From Acidobacteriota bacterium (lineage in GTDB: Bacteria; Acidobacteriota; Terriglobia; Terriglobales; SCQP01), in the NCBI GenBank assembly GCA_021789895.1, contig JAJYIU010000019.1, positions 2,523-66,522 of the forward strand: a stretch of 64,000 bases of DNA. The letters run 5' to 3'. Below are positions 52,119-61,177 of the stretch, piece after piece. Under the pieces are notes generated by a model that searched no databases, was not told the origin of the DNA, and worked only from the letters and a program-made list of their open reading frames with translations. Position 1 is the stretch's first letter; each line of letters starts with the position of its first letter. The position numbers were made by a program, and so were the translations under genes.

Positions 52119-52138
52119 ACGCGGCTCCCGAGAGCCGC
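52110..52138 (-). terminator. Rho-independent terminator of tRNA-fMet (hairpin possibly bidirectional)
   Basis: Minus strand gcggctc-tcgg-gagccgc followed by GTTTATTTTTT, 13 nt after the tRNA 3' end. The T-run overlaps the stop codon of the convergent oxidase gene. Confidence 0.65.
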
Positions 52139-52151
52139 AAGGCAGGAAATT

Positions 52152-52228
<77 letters not shown>

Positions 52229-52233
52229 TTAAG

Positions 52234-52262
52234 ATATTCGCATGCGTCCTCAGAACTGTCAA
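52234..52262 (-). promoter_or_regulatory. Putative tRNA-fMet promoter TTGACA-N17-GAATAT
   Basis: Minus strand has TTGACA (52262..52257) and GAATAT (52239..52234). The predicted +1 coincides with the mature tRNA 5' end. Confidence 0.4.
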
Positions 52263-52283
52263 ACCCAGCAGGAACTGCGATTC

Positions 52284-53846
52284 ATGGCGGCACGGGTGGC
52301 GGCGCGGATGGCAGCATGCGTCGCGCTCGGCGCGCTGGCACTCGCCGCGCAAGCGCCGGCGGCAGCCGCGCCCGCCGCCATCGTGCAGGTGAATGCGCGA
52401 CATCCTGGCGCGCGCATTCCCCGGGATTACGCCGGCTTCAGCAATGAAGTTTCCACCGCCGGGATGGGATTGCCGCAACCTTCGGCCCAGGCTGAAGGCA
52501 CAGTGCAGCTTCCGGCGGGCGTGCCGGCCGGGGCGCAACTGGTTTACGCGCTGGGCCGGCCGGGAGCGCCGAATCGCGGTTTTTTCCGCTTCATGCGCAA
52601 CCTCGGCCCGGGCGTACTCCGCCTCGGCGGCAACAGCCAGGACAACACCTGCTGGAAGCCCGCGACCGCACCGCACCCGGATTGGTGCAAAGGAGCGATC
52701 ACCCCCGGCCTGCTGCGGCTCTATGCCCGGGCCGCGCAGGCCTCCGGCTGGCGCCTGATCATCGGATTGAATCTGAAGCAAAACTCGCCGCGCTGGGCGC
52801 GCAGCGAAGTTGCCGGGGGGATTGCGAAAACGATTCCCGCCGCCAGCATCATTGGGCTCGAATTGGGCAACGAACCCAGCCTGTTCGTGCGCACGCCGGC
52901 GCGGCCGAAGAATTATTCACCCGCCGACTACGCCCGCGACGCGCTGGGCTACATCCGCGCGCTGCGGGCCGATCCGCAGACCCGCGGTTATAGCTTCGCC
53001 GGCCCCGCCAACTGCTGCCAATGGAACAATCCGGCCAGCCTGAACCAGATTCTCAGCCGGATCGGGCCGGATTTGAAGCTGGTGACGGTGCACAACTATC
53101 CCACCACGACCTGCGGGCGGCGCAACGTGACGGCGCAGGAGCTGTTGTCGCCGCGCCGCATGGCGAGCTTCGACCGCCTCTCGCGCGCGCTGGCGGCCAC
53201 CGCCCGGCGCCATCACCTGCCGTTGGCGCTGGCGGAAACCAATTCGGCTTCCTGCGGCGGCATGGCCGGCGTCAGCGATGCCTTCGCCTCCGCCGCCTGG
53301 GGGCTCGACTATATGTTCCACACCGCCCGCGACGGCTACACGCTGATCAATTTTCATTTCAGCTACCGCGCCGGCGGCAGCGCGTACAACCCGATCGTGA
53401 CTTTTGGCTGGAAGCAGGGCGGGCGGGAGCGGTACCGCAACCTCGCCCAGCCGCTTTACTACGCCATGTATATGTTCAGCCGCTACGCGGAGGGCGAGCA
53501 TTTTCTGCCGGCGAGAATCACCACCCCGCATCACATCGCCGCCTACGCCACCTCCGCCTGCGGCGCCTGCGCGATCCACGTCTTCGTGATCAACGAAGAC
53601 GCCGCCGCATCCGGCCGCGTCGTTGTACACGTCAACGGACGGCATGGCGGCGCCGCCAGGCTGTTGGCGCTCGGCGCTCCCAGCCTCGACTCGCCGGCCG
53701 GCAGCGTTCGTTTTGGCGGGCGGCAATTCGATTCCGCAGGGCGCATCGCCGCGCCCCGCACCCGCCCGATCGCGCCCGCGCGGCAGGGCGATTATGCCTT
53801 TACTCTGCCCCGGGCCGCCGCGGTGGTGCTGACGATCCGGCGTTGA
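52284..53846 (+). CDS. Secreted glycoside hydrolase, GH79 (beta-glucuronidase/heparanase)-like
   Basis: ORF 52242.., start moved to ATG 52284 (MAARVAARMAACVALGALALAAQA signal) so that it clears the tRNA promoter. LRLGGNSQDN, IGLELGNEPSLF (NEP acid/base motif), LAETNSASCGG. Confidence 0.75.
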   Translation: MAARVAARMAACVALGALALAAQAPAAAAPAAIVQVNARHPGARIPRDYAGFSNEVSTAGMGLPQPSAQAEGTVQLPAGVPAGAQLVYALGRPGAPNRGFFRFMRNLGPGVLRLGGNSQDNTCWKPATAPHPDWCKGAITPGLLRLYARAAQASGWRLIIGLNLKQNSPRWARSEVAGGIAKTIPAASIIGLELGNEPSLFVRTPARPKNYSPADYARDALGYIRALRADPQTRGYSFAGPANCCQWNNPASLNQILSRIGPDLKLVTVHNYPTTTCGRRNVTAQELLSPRRMASFDRLSRALAATARRHHLPLALAETNSASCGGMAGVSDAFASAAWGLDYMFHTARDGYTLINFHFSYRAGGSAYNPIVTFGWKQGGRERYRNLAQPLYYAMYMFSRYAEGEHFLPARITTPHHIAAYATSACGACAIHVFVINEDAAASGRVVVHVNGRHGGAARLLALGAPSLDSPAGSVRFGGRQFDSAGRIAAPRTRPIAPARQGDYAFTLPRAAAVVLTIRR

Positions 53847-55812
53847 GCAGCGCCGGCGCCGGGCGCAAGCGCAGGCGAAGCACGGTAATCGAATCCGCCG
53901 GCAGCGTATAGGCAAACGCCGGCTGGATGCCATTCAATACCGCGCGCCGGGGCACCACATTGCGGCGCCGGGTAATGGAGTTGGTGGCATCGGGAGGGGC
54001 CGAGAGGGTGATGGCGAGCGCGGCGGGCTGCAGCCGGCGCACGCCCTCGAGCCGTATGCGCAGCGGCTGCGCCGCCGGCTGCGGGTTGACCAGCTTGATG
54101 AAGATCTCGCCGGTCCGGCTGTTTTCGGTCACCGAGACGGGGAGCGCCGGATCCGTAAGCGTAGAAGCCAGAATCCAATTGCCATAGTTGCGGCTGAACA
54201 TGCGGATGGCATAGTAGCTGGGCGAGCCGAAGACGTGCAGCGCGTCATAGCCGATCAAATCCGGCCGCCACTGCCGCAGGCCGCGGCCGACGTTGACCAG
54301 CATCGGGGCGTAGGCCTGCATTTTGACGATATCGGAGTTGCGCTCCAGGCCGGTCATCCAAGCAGCGTCCGCCAGCGCGCTCAACATGTCGGGGGTTGGG
54401 GGCAGCGGCTTCGAACGGGGATTCCAGGGCGGGAAGGAAGTTTCGTACGAGGCCCATTCGCCGACGAAAATCTCGGGGCCGCGCCGGGGGTAACCATCGA
54501 AGTGCGCCGTATCGGCGAGAAACTTATGCGCGGGCTCGTAGTAATGCTCGTCCAGCATCCGGGGATGGTCTTGGCGCATGGCGGCCCAGCCGCTCGGGTG
54601 CTCGGTGCCGATGGTGGAGATGCAAATCAGTTGGGGGTAGCGGGCATGGATGGCGCGCTGAAACTGGGCGAAGCGCGCGGGATAGGAATGGGAGCGGTCG
54701 AAGAAATCCTCGTTGCCGATTTCCACATAATGCAGCGGGAAGGGTTTCGGATGCCCGTCGCGCGCGCGCGCCGCGCCCCAACGGCTGGTGACCGGGCCAA
54801 TGACGTACTGAATTTCGTCGAGCGCGTCCTGGACAAAAGGAGCGAGCGCCGGCCCCGGCGCGACATGCTGTTGCCGCAGCGAATAGCCGGCATAGACGGC
54901 CAGCACCGGCTGCGCATGCAGGTCTTCCGCCCAGCGCAGGAATTCGAGCAGGCCCATGCCGTCGGTGGAGCGATAGCCCCAGGGACCCCAATGGCCCGGG
55001 CGGTTGCGCAGCGGGCCGATGGTCTTTTTCCAATCAAAGCGCTGCGCGATGGTGTTCCCTTCCAGAAAATTGCCGCCGGGAAAGCGCAGAAACCGCGGCT
55101 TCAAATCCACCAGCATCTGCATCAGGTCGGGGCGAAAGCCATTGGGCTGGTTGCGCCAGGTGGGCGGAAAAAGCGAGACCAGGCTGAGCCAGATCGTCGC
55201 CGGCTGGCGCAGGGCCAGCACGAAACGCGCCTGCGCGGCCGGCGCGGCATCGCCGGTTTGGAGAAAGAGCCGGTAATGACGCCAATGGGTCGTGAGGCCG
55301 GAGACTTCGCCGCGGGCATACACCTGGCGGCCGTGGCCGTTCTCGATTGAAACCGCAACCGGCCCGGTAAAGCCCGGAGCGGCCTTGGCATAGAAGGCCA
55401 CGCGATAGCGCGTATGAGGGCGCACCGGGATGCCGTCGTAGCCGTCATTGGCGACGCCGGCCGGATGCGCACCGGAAGCCTGCGTGACTTCGAGGCGAAG
55501 GCTGGTGGGCAAAGCGCGGTCGAGCGGCCGGCTGGGATCGAGCGCGATCCGCGCCGCGGATGCGGCGTCGTGCACGACGGCCCAATGCGCGGGCGCGCGC
55601 CGGTCGTCCATAAACGCGCGATTCCGGATCAGTTCGGCATAGAGTCCGCCATCGTAGCTGTGGTTGATCTCTTCCGTCATCAGTCCATAGAGGATAGGGC
55701 TGGCCTGGGCGGCGGGCCTGGCGGCCTGTATGGTCAAGGTGGGCGTCTGGGCGAAGGCGGCCAACAGCAGGCCGAAAGCGGCGGATAAGGCAAACAACCA
55801 GCGAGTTCGCAT
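53800..55812 (-). CDS. GH51 alpha-L-arabinofuranosidase, secreted
   Basis: ORF 53800..55890, start moved to MRTRWLFALSAAFGLLLAAFAQ (ATG 55812, SD GGAG). LRFPGGNFLEGN, YVEIGNEDFF. Confidence 0.92.
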   Translation of the reverse strand: MRTRWLFALSAAFGLLLAAFAQTPTLTIQAARPAAQASPILYGLMTEEINHSYDGGLYAELIRNRAFMDDRRAPAHWAVVHDAASAARIALDPSRPLDRALPTSLRLEVTQASGAHPAGVANDGYDGIPVRPHTRYRVAFYAKAAPGFTGPVAVSIENGHGRQVYARGEVSGLTTHWRHYRLFLQTGDAAPAAQARFVLALRQPATIWLSLVSLFPPTWRNQPNGFRPDLMQMLVDLKPRFLRFPGGNFLEGNTIAQRFDWKKTIGPLRNRPGHWGPWGYRSTDGMGLLEFLRWAEDLHAQPVLAVYAGYSLRQQHVAPGPALAPFVQDALDEIQYVIGPVTSRWGAARARDGHPKPFPLHYVEIGNEDFFDRSHSYPARFAQFQRAIHARYPQLICISTIGTEHPSGWAAMRQDHPRMLDEHYYEPAHKFLADTAHFDGYPRRGPEIFVGEWASYETSFPPWNPRSKPLPPTPDMLSALADAAWMTGLERNSDIVKMQAYAPMLVNVGRGLRQWRPDLIGYDALHVFGSPSYYAIRMFSRNYGNWILASTLTDPALPVSVTENSRTGEIFIKLVNPQPAAQPLRIRLEGVRRLQPAALAITLSAPPDATNSITRRRNVVPRRAVLNGIQPAFAYTLPADSITVLRLRLRPAPALLNAGSSAPPRRPGAE

Positions 55813-55861
55813 TGAGGGCTCCGTCTTGCGATTATAGTGAGCGAAGAAGAAGCGCGGCATA

Positions 55862-56434
55862 GCAAAATGAGACACGTGGGGACGCCGCATGCGCCTAGAT
55901 TAACGAGATAAGTCTTGATTGCAGTGACATATGCGACATAGAAGCCAGAAAAAAGAGACAAACTGGCGTTTTAGAAAAACACTGCTTCAAATTTTTTTAG
56001 CAAAACGGCACCCGAGGCCTGAAATCGGGGTTAAACGCTCTAGTTTCAATGATTTGATCGGGTGCCGTTTGCAATTTAAAACGGCACCCGAAACGGCACC
56101 CGATGAGCAGAGTTGCTGCCACGGGGAGACGTTGATGCCGATATACACAATGGCAGCGATAAACGCGACATTGCAAAATGAGACACCCGCAAACCCGAAT
56201 GCATCAAGATAGGCAAGATAAGCCCTTATAGCAGTGACAGATGCGACGTAGAAACCAGAAAAAAGAGACAAATTGGCGTTTTAGAAAAACACTGCTTCAA
56301 ATTTTTTTAGCAAAACGGCACCCGAGGCCCGAAATCTGGGTTAAACGCTGTATTTTCAATGATTTAATCGGGTGCAGTTTGCAATTTAAAACGGCACCCG
56401 AAACGGCACCCGATGAGCAGAGTTATTGCCGCCG
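55862..56434. repeat. Two-copy tandem duplication (period about 310 bp) in AT-rich divergent intergenic region, with a 12-nt motif array
   Basis: Copy 1 is 55862..56124 and copy 2 is 56173..56434, roughly 90% identical by eye from agataag onward. AACGGCACCCGA occurs at 56004, 56080, 56092, 56314, 56390 and 56402. It is inverted at 56058 and at 56368 (one mismatch). Confidence 0.9.
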
Positions 56435-56468
56435 GGAGGACGGCACCGGCTTGGATTACCATCGAGGC

Positions 56469-57614
56469 ATGAAAGATAGGACACGGCGTGAATTTCTAGC
56501 CGCGGGCGGGGCCGCGCTCGCCGCCGCTCCCCTGGCCGGCAGGGTGTTGGCTTCCGCGCCTTACGCGCCGCCGCCCGCGCCGGCGGCAGGCACGGTTGGC
56601 TATTGCATTGTGGGCTTGGGACGCGTCTCGATCGGACAATTCCTGCCCGGGCTGCGGTATGCGCCGCATGCCCGCCCGACCGCGCTGGTGAGCCGCGATC
56701 CGGGCATCGCCGCGATCATCGCCCGCCGCTATGGCATAGAGCCGCGGCATATCTACAACTACGCCAACTTCGACCGGATCGCCGACGACCCCGCCATACA
56801 GGCGGTCTATATCGCCCTGCCCAACGCGCTGCACGCCGAATACAGCATTCGCGCCGCGCGCGCCGGCAAGCACGTGTTGTGCGAAAAGCCGATGGCCGCC
56901 AACTCCGGGCAGGCCGAGCGGATGGTCGAGGCCTGCCGCCGCGCCGGACGCAAGCTGATGATCGCCTACCGCTGCCAATACGAGCCGGCGACGCTGCGCG
57001 CCCGCCAGGTGGCGCGCTCGGGAGAACTGGGACCGCTGCAAATGATCACCGCCCGATACGGGTTCAATATCTCGCCCACATTTCGCCTGATGGGCGAGAC
57101 GCGGCCCGAATGGCGGCTGAAGAGGGCGCTGGCCGGCGGCGGTCCGCTGATGGACGTAGGCATCTATTGCCTTAACGCCGCCCGCTTCATCAGCGGCCAG
57201 GAGCCCGCCGCGCTGCAGGCGGAAATCGGCAACACGCCCGGCGACGCGCGCTTTCGCGAAGTGGAAGAGAACCTGAGTTGGAGCATGCGCTTCGCTTCCG
57301 GCCTGACGGCCGCGTGCGCCACCAGTTATGGCGCCAGCCTGGGCGAAAGCTTCGAGCTGTACGGCGCGCGCAACGCTTCGCTGCGGCTCGACCCCGCCTA
57401 TGGATATTCCAGCCACCGGCTGGTGGCCGGCGGCGCGGCGCCGAGGCTCGATTTCACGCCCGATTTTTCCGGCCACCGGCAGTTCGGCGCCGAAGCCGAG
57501 CACTTCGCGCGCTGCATTCTGGAAAACCGCGAGCCGCGCACGCCGGGGGAGGAAGGGCTGCGGGACATGCGGCTGATGGCACGCATTTATGCCGCCGCGG
57601 GAGTAAAGGGATAA
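56469..57614 (+). CDS. Gfo/Idh/MocA-family oxidoreductase with Tat signal
   Basis: ORF 56241.., start moved to ATG 56469 (MKDRTRREFLAAGGAALAAAPLAG). GYCIVGLGRVSIGQFLP (Rossmann). HVLCEKPMA. Confidence 0.9.
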   Translation: MKDRTRREFLAAGGAALAAAPLAGRVLASAPYAPPPAPAAGTVGYCIVGLGRVSIGQFLPGLRYAPHARPTALVSRDPGIAAIIARRYGIEPRHIYNYANFDRIADDPAIQAVYIALPNALHAEYSIRAARAGKHVLCEKPMAANSGQAERMVEACRRAGRKLMIAYRCQYEPATLRARQVARSGELGPLQMITARYGFNISPTFRLMGETRPEWRLKRALAGGGPLMDVGIYCLNAARFISGQEPAALQAEIGNTPGDARFREVEENLSWSMRFASGLTAACATSYGASLGESFELYGARNASLRLDPAYGYSSHRLVAGGAAPRLDFTPDFSGHRQFGAEAEHFARCILENREPRTPGEEGLRDMRLMARIYAAAGVKG

Positions 57615-57755
57615 AGAGGGTACACCGCTTGCAGCTATCAGCCATCAGCGAAAAAGCTTGCAGCTAATTGCTTTCAGCGGCTGCTGCGCAACTCGCATTC
57701 AGAGATGGCCGTAAACCGTCAGGCATCCATCAACCCACTAATCCTGATTGCCAGC

Positions 57756-59786
57756 TCAACCGGGCGGGGGTTCATACACTTCCAAGCCGACCGATTGCAT
57801 CAGCTTTAAAGCATTGCTGGAGCGGGCCACGCCGGGCAGAAGGCGGTAATCGAAGCAGAGCTGTCCGGCCTCGAAGCGGTCGTCGAAATGGAAGTTGCGC
57901 GCCGCCGCGACGGTTTCCGGAATTTGCGCCAGCGCCAGGTCGTGGGTGGTAACCAGGCCGAGGGCGCCGCGGGCAAGCAGGGCGCGGGTGATGAGGCGGG
58001 CGCCGGCATAGCGGTCGTGGGAGTTAGTGCCGGAGAGCAACTCGTCCAAGAGAAAAAGCAGCGGGCGGGGGCCGGCGGCGAGATCGGCGAGCAGCTTCAG
58101 GCGGCGGATTTCGGCATAAAAGCGGGAGACGCCGCCCTGCAGGGAATCGAGCACGCAGATAGAAGCGCCGACGGCGAGGGGCGAGAGGCGCAGGCGGCGG
58201 GCGCGCGCCGGGGCTCCGCACTGAGCCAGCACGGCATTGATGCCGACGCCGCGGAGAAAAGTGCTTTTGCCGGCCATGTTGGGACCGCTGATCACCAGCA
58301 GGCGGGTTCCGGCATCGAGCCGCAGATCGTTGCCCACGGCGCGCGATTCCGGCAGCAGCGGGTGCGCCAGCGCTACGGCCTCGAACAGCGGGCCGCCGGC
58401 GGCAAATTCGGGCCAGACATCGCCGGGATGCTCCCAGGCATAGCCGCCGAGCGAGGCGAGCGCTTCCAACTCGCCGACGGCGGCCAGCCAGGCGCGCACC
58501 GCGGGGCCGAAATGCCGCCGCCAGTTTTCCACTCCCAGCGCCAACAGGGCGGCGTAGAAGACGAGCGGCGACAAGGGCTGCAGAATCAGATTGCGCCGCG
58601 ACTCGAGGCTTTCGACCAGGCGCCGCAGGCGCGCGACCGCTTGCGCCGGCGCGGCGCCGGCGGCGATCAGATCGTGGCGCAGGCGGCACAGAGCGGGCGC
58701 CTCGAATGCTTCCTGCTCGATCAGCGCCAGCACGCGCGCCAGCGGCCGCAAGTCCGCGGCAACGCTCTCGACGGCGGCGATGGAGGCTTCGACGCGCGGC
58801 TTGAGCAGGCGGCTGAGGCCGAGATTGAGCAGCGAGACGAGCAACAGCGGCAGCCAATTCCAGGTTGCGAGCGCAAAGACGGCGGCAGCCAGCCAGAGCG
58901 CGGCCAAGGGCGCCAGCAAAGCGGCTAAAGCCGGAATGCGGCGAAAGAGCGGAGGCGAGGCGCCCCAATCGGCAAACGCTTCGGGCAACGAGGCGGGAGG
59001 CACGCGCGGGGCGTTGTTTGGCGCAATTCCTGCGGAATTGCTTGAATTGGGCGCAATTCCTGCGGAATCGTTTGAGCCTGGCGCAATGCCTGCGGAATTG
59101 CTTGAGCCTGGCGCAATGCCTGCGGAATCGCTTGAGCCTGGCGCAATTCCTGCGGAATTGCTTGAGTTGGGCGCTATTCCGGTGGAATTGCTTAGCTTGG
59201 GCGCGATTCCGGCGGCAGGGGTTTTGCCGGGCGCCATGCCGGCGCTGACGGCGAAGAGGCGCTCGCGGAAATCCAGGCGGGCGCCAAGCTCGCGCGCGGC
59301 CGCCTGGCGGCTCAAGACGATTTCCGGCAGAGCGGGCGCGAGCAGCCAGGCGGCCAGGGTGGCTTCGCCGGCGCGGGTGCGGGCGGCACAGAGCAACTCG
59401 AACAGCGAGCCGGGGCCGAACAGATCGAGATCGCGCGCATAAGGATGAGCCGGGTCAAGGAAGTTTTCGCCGCCGGCGCCGGCGCCTGCCCAGCGGTCTT
59501 CCAGCCGGGCAAGGCCGCGCGCGTAGAACTCCAGGCGGGATTGGCTGCGGCGCAGGCCGCGGAGCAGGCGCTCGTGCGCGGCGATCATGGCCACCAAGCC
59601 GGCGGCGGCAGGAACCAGCAGCGGCGCCAGCCAAGCGGAATGGCGCAGAGCGACGGCGGCGAGCATGGCGGCGGGCACATAGGCGAGCTTGGCGTAGCCC
59701 AGGCGGTCGCTCCAGCACCGGCGGCGGGCTACCAGCACGCCGAGAGCATCCAGTTGACGGCGGTAAATGGCGGCGGGGGATTCCAT
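57756..59786 (-). CDS. Membrane-anchored MutS-related protein (MutS domain V ATPase, no mismatch-binding or Smr domain)
   Basis: LLVISGPNMAGKSTFLRGVGINAVLAQ (Walker A). LFLLDELLSGTNSHDR. TTHDLAL. N-terminal and central hydrophobic helices. DLDLFGPGSLFELL core motif. Confidence 0.85.
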   Translation of the reverse strand: MESPAAIYRRQLDALGVLVARRRCWSDRLGYAKLAYVPAAMLAAVALRHSAWLAPLLVPAAAGLVAMIAAHERLLRGLRRSQSRLEFYARGLARLEDRWAGAGAGGENFLDPAHPYARDLDLFGPGSLFELLCAARTRAGEATLAAWLLAPALPEIVLSRQAAARELGARLDFRERLFAVSAGMAPGKTPAAGIAPKLSNSTGIAPNSSNSAGIAPGSSDSAGIAPGSSNSAGIAPGSNDSAGIAPNSSNSAGIAPNNAPRVPPASLPEAFADWGASPPLFRRIPALAALLAPLAALWLAAAVFALATWNWLPLLLVSLLNLGLSRLLKPRVEASIAAVESVAADLRPLARVLALIEQEAFEAPALCRLRHDLIAAGAAPAQAVARLRRLVESLESRRNLILQPLSPLVFYAALLALGVENWRRHFGPAVRAWLAAVGELEALASLGGYAWEHPGDVWPEFAAGGPLFEAVALAHPLLPESRAVGNDLRLDAGTRLLVISGPNMAGKSTFLRGVGINAVLAQCGAPARARRLRLSPLAVGASICVLDSLQGGVSRFYAEIRRLKLLADLAAGPRPLLFLLDELLSGTNSHDRYAGARLITRALLARGALGLVTTHDLALAQIPETVAAARNFHFDDRFEAGQLCFDYRLLPGVARSSNALKLMQSVGLEVYEPPPG
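59020..59215 (-). repeat. In-frame 30-bp tandem repeat (about 6.5 units) inside the MutS-related gene
   Basis: Units start at 59020, 59050, 59080, 59110, 59140, 59170 and 59200 (ggcgcaattcctgcggaattgcttgaRYYg). They encode the (S/N)SNSAGIAPG decapeptide array. Confidence 0.9.
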
Positions 59787-59978
59787 CGGATCGTGGCAAC
59801 GGCCTTTTTTTATGTTCAGACGCTGAAGCTCAGCCGGCAGCCATCAGATATCAGCTTTGAGCCGCCAGCAGATATTAGCAAACTGCTTTCAGGCGGCACG
59901 GCCGCCACCCACGCACCGTGCGGGTACACGTTTCCGGGCAGAAAAGCTTTCCGACCCGACCGCTAAAGCTTCCGGCAG

Positions 59979-60863
59979 CTAGCAACCGCCAGCCTGGGGC
60001 CGGCCGCTAGCAGCGCTTTCCGAGGCGGCCAGGCGATAGATGCGCTGCGCATTGGCGGAAAACAGCTTGCGCCGGTTTTCCTCGCCCGCGCCGCGAGTCA
60101 ATTCGGAGAGCGCCTCCACCCACTGCCGCAGCGAGGCGGAAAGCGTACACACCGGCCAATCGCTGCCAAACATGACGCGATCCCAGCCGAAGCATTCGAT
60201 CACATGCTCGACATAGGGCGCGAGGTCGGCGGGCGTCCAGCGATGGGGATCGGCGTAGGCGACGATGCCGGAGACTTTGCAGGCGACGTTGGGCAAGCGG
60301 GCCAGTTCGCGAATCGAAGCGCGCCAGGGATCCAATTCACGTTCCTTGACGCGCGGCACGCCGCAATGATCGAGAATGAAGCTGACCTGGGGGCAGGCGC
60401 GCGCCAAGCGCAACCCGACCGGCAACTGGCGGGCGAGCAGGCATAGATCGAAGCTCAGGCCGAGCGGGGCGAGCCGGCGCAAATTTTCGGCAAACAACGG
60501 CGGCTCGGACAGCTCGTCCGGCTGGGTATGCAGGATGCGGCGGAGTCCCTTGACGCGCGGCAGCGCGGCGACGCGCTCGAGATCGCGTGGAAAATCAGGC
60601 GATTCCGGGCGCCCGCCGACGACCGCGGCGCAGAGCGTCTGGCCGGCTGCGGCCAGGCCCAGAATCCAGTCCGTCTCATCCTGCATGAAAGCCGGATCCA
60701 CGTCGGCTTCCATGTGTAGGCTCTGCACGATGCCCAGGCCTTCGGCGGCGCGGAGGTAATCTTCCAGCAGATAGCTGCGGCGCAACTGCGGCACGCCGTC
60801 CAGCCAGGCATAGGTGAAGCGGTGGAGATTCCAGAGATGCTGATGGGTATCAATGATTTTCAT
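59979..60863 (-). CDS. Amidohydrolase-2 family protein (sugar-lactonase-like)
   Basis: ORF 59979..60947, start moved to MKIIDTHQHLW (ATG 60863). ILDHCG, MFGSDWPV. Confidence 0.88.
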   Translation of the reverse strand: MKIIDTHQHLWNLHRFTYAWLDGVPQLRRSYLLEDYLRAAEGLGIVQSLHMEADVDPAFMQDETDWILGLAAAGQTLCAAVVGGRPESPDFPRDLERVAALPRVKGLRRILHTQPDELSEPPLFAENLRRLAPLGLSFDLCLLARQLPVGLRLARACPQVSFILDHCGVPRVKERELDPWRASIRELARLPNVACKVSGIVAYADPHRWTPADLAPYVEHVIECFGWDRVMFGSDWPVCTLSASLRQWVEALSELTRGAGEENRRKLFSANAQRIYRLAASESAASGRPQAGGC

Positions 60864-61177
60864 TTGCGTTTCATTGTAGATGAATGCATGATGCTTCCAT
60901 TTTTTCGCTTTTACCGGAACCGAATTATGCCGCCGCGGACCCGCCAAGCCAAAAGTGCATCAGTACAGATACACGCCTTTCGTCTAAATACGCCAGCGGC
61001 ACGCCTCGCCGCCAGCGGAGGAGCGGCCGGGCCGGATTATGCGTCATTTTGAGGCAGGACGATCATTTCGTCACGCCGCGCCCAAAGTTGATTTTTGGAT
61101 GTAAACGATTCGAAAAACAGCTACTTCGAATCCAAATTGATCTGCTCTGGAAAGCAGGCCAGGCAATGTGTTTAAAT

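Noticed and set aside
53800-53846. 47-bp convergent 3' overlap of the GH79-like and GH51 genes (and an 8-bp overlap at 44285-44292)
   Set aside because: Probably a trivial consequence of stop-codon scarcity in GC-rich DNA. There is no additional structure suggesting antisense regulation.
55931-56271. Duplicated small ORFs inside the tandem repeat (93-aa plus-strand ORF; 75- and 94-aa minus-strand ORFs starting MSLFSGFYVA)
   Set aside because: Conservation is at nucleotide level, and most differences between copies are non-synonymous in the plus frame. No SD is present and the composition is odd. They are kept only as a remote possibility within the tandem-repeat finding.
59020-59215. Regular 30-bp repeats, considered as a CRISPR array
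   Set aside because: The units are contiguous with no spacers. They are in frame within a long ORF, and no cas genes are present. This is a coding VNTR.
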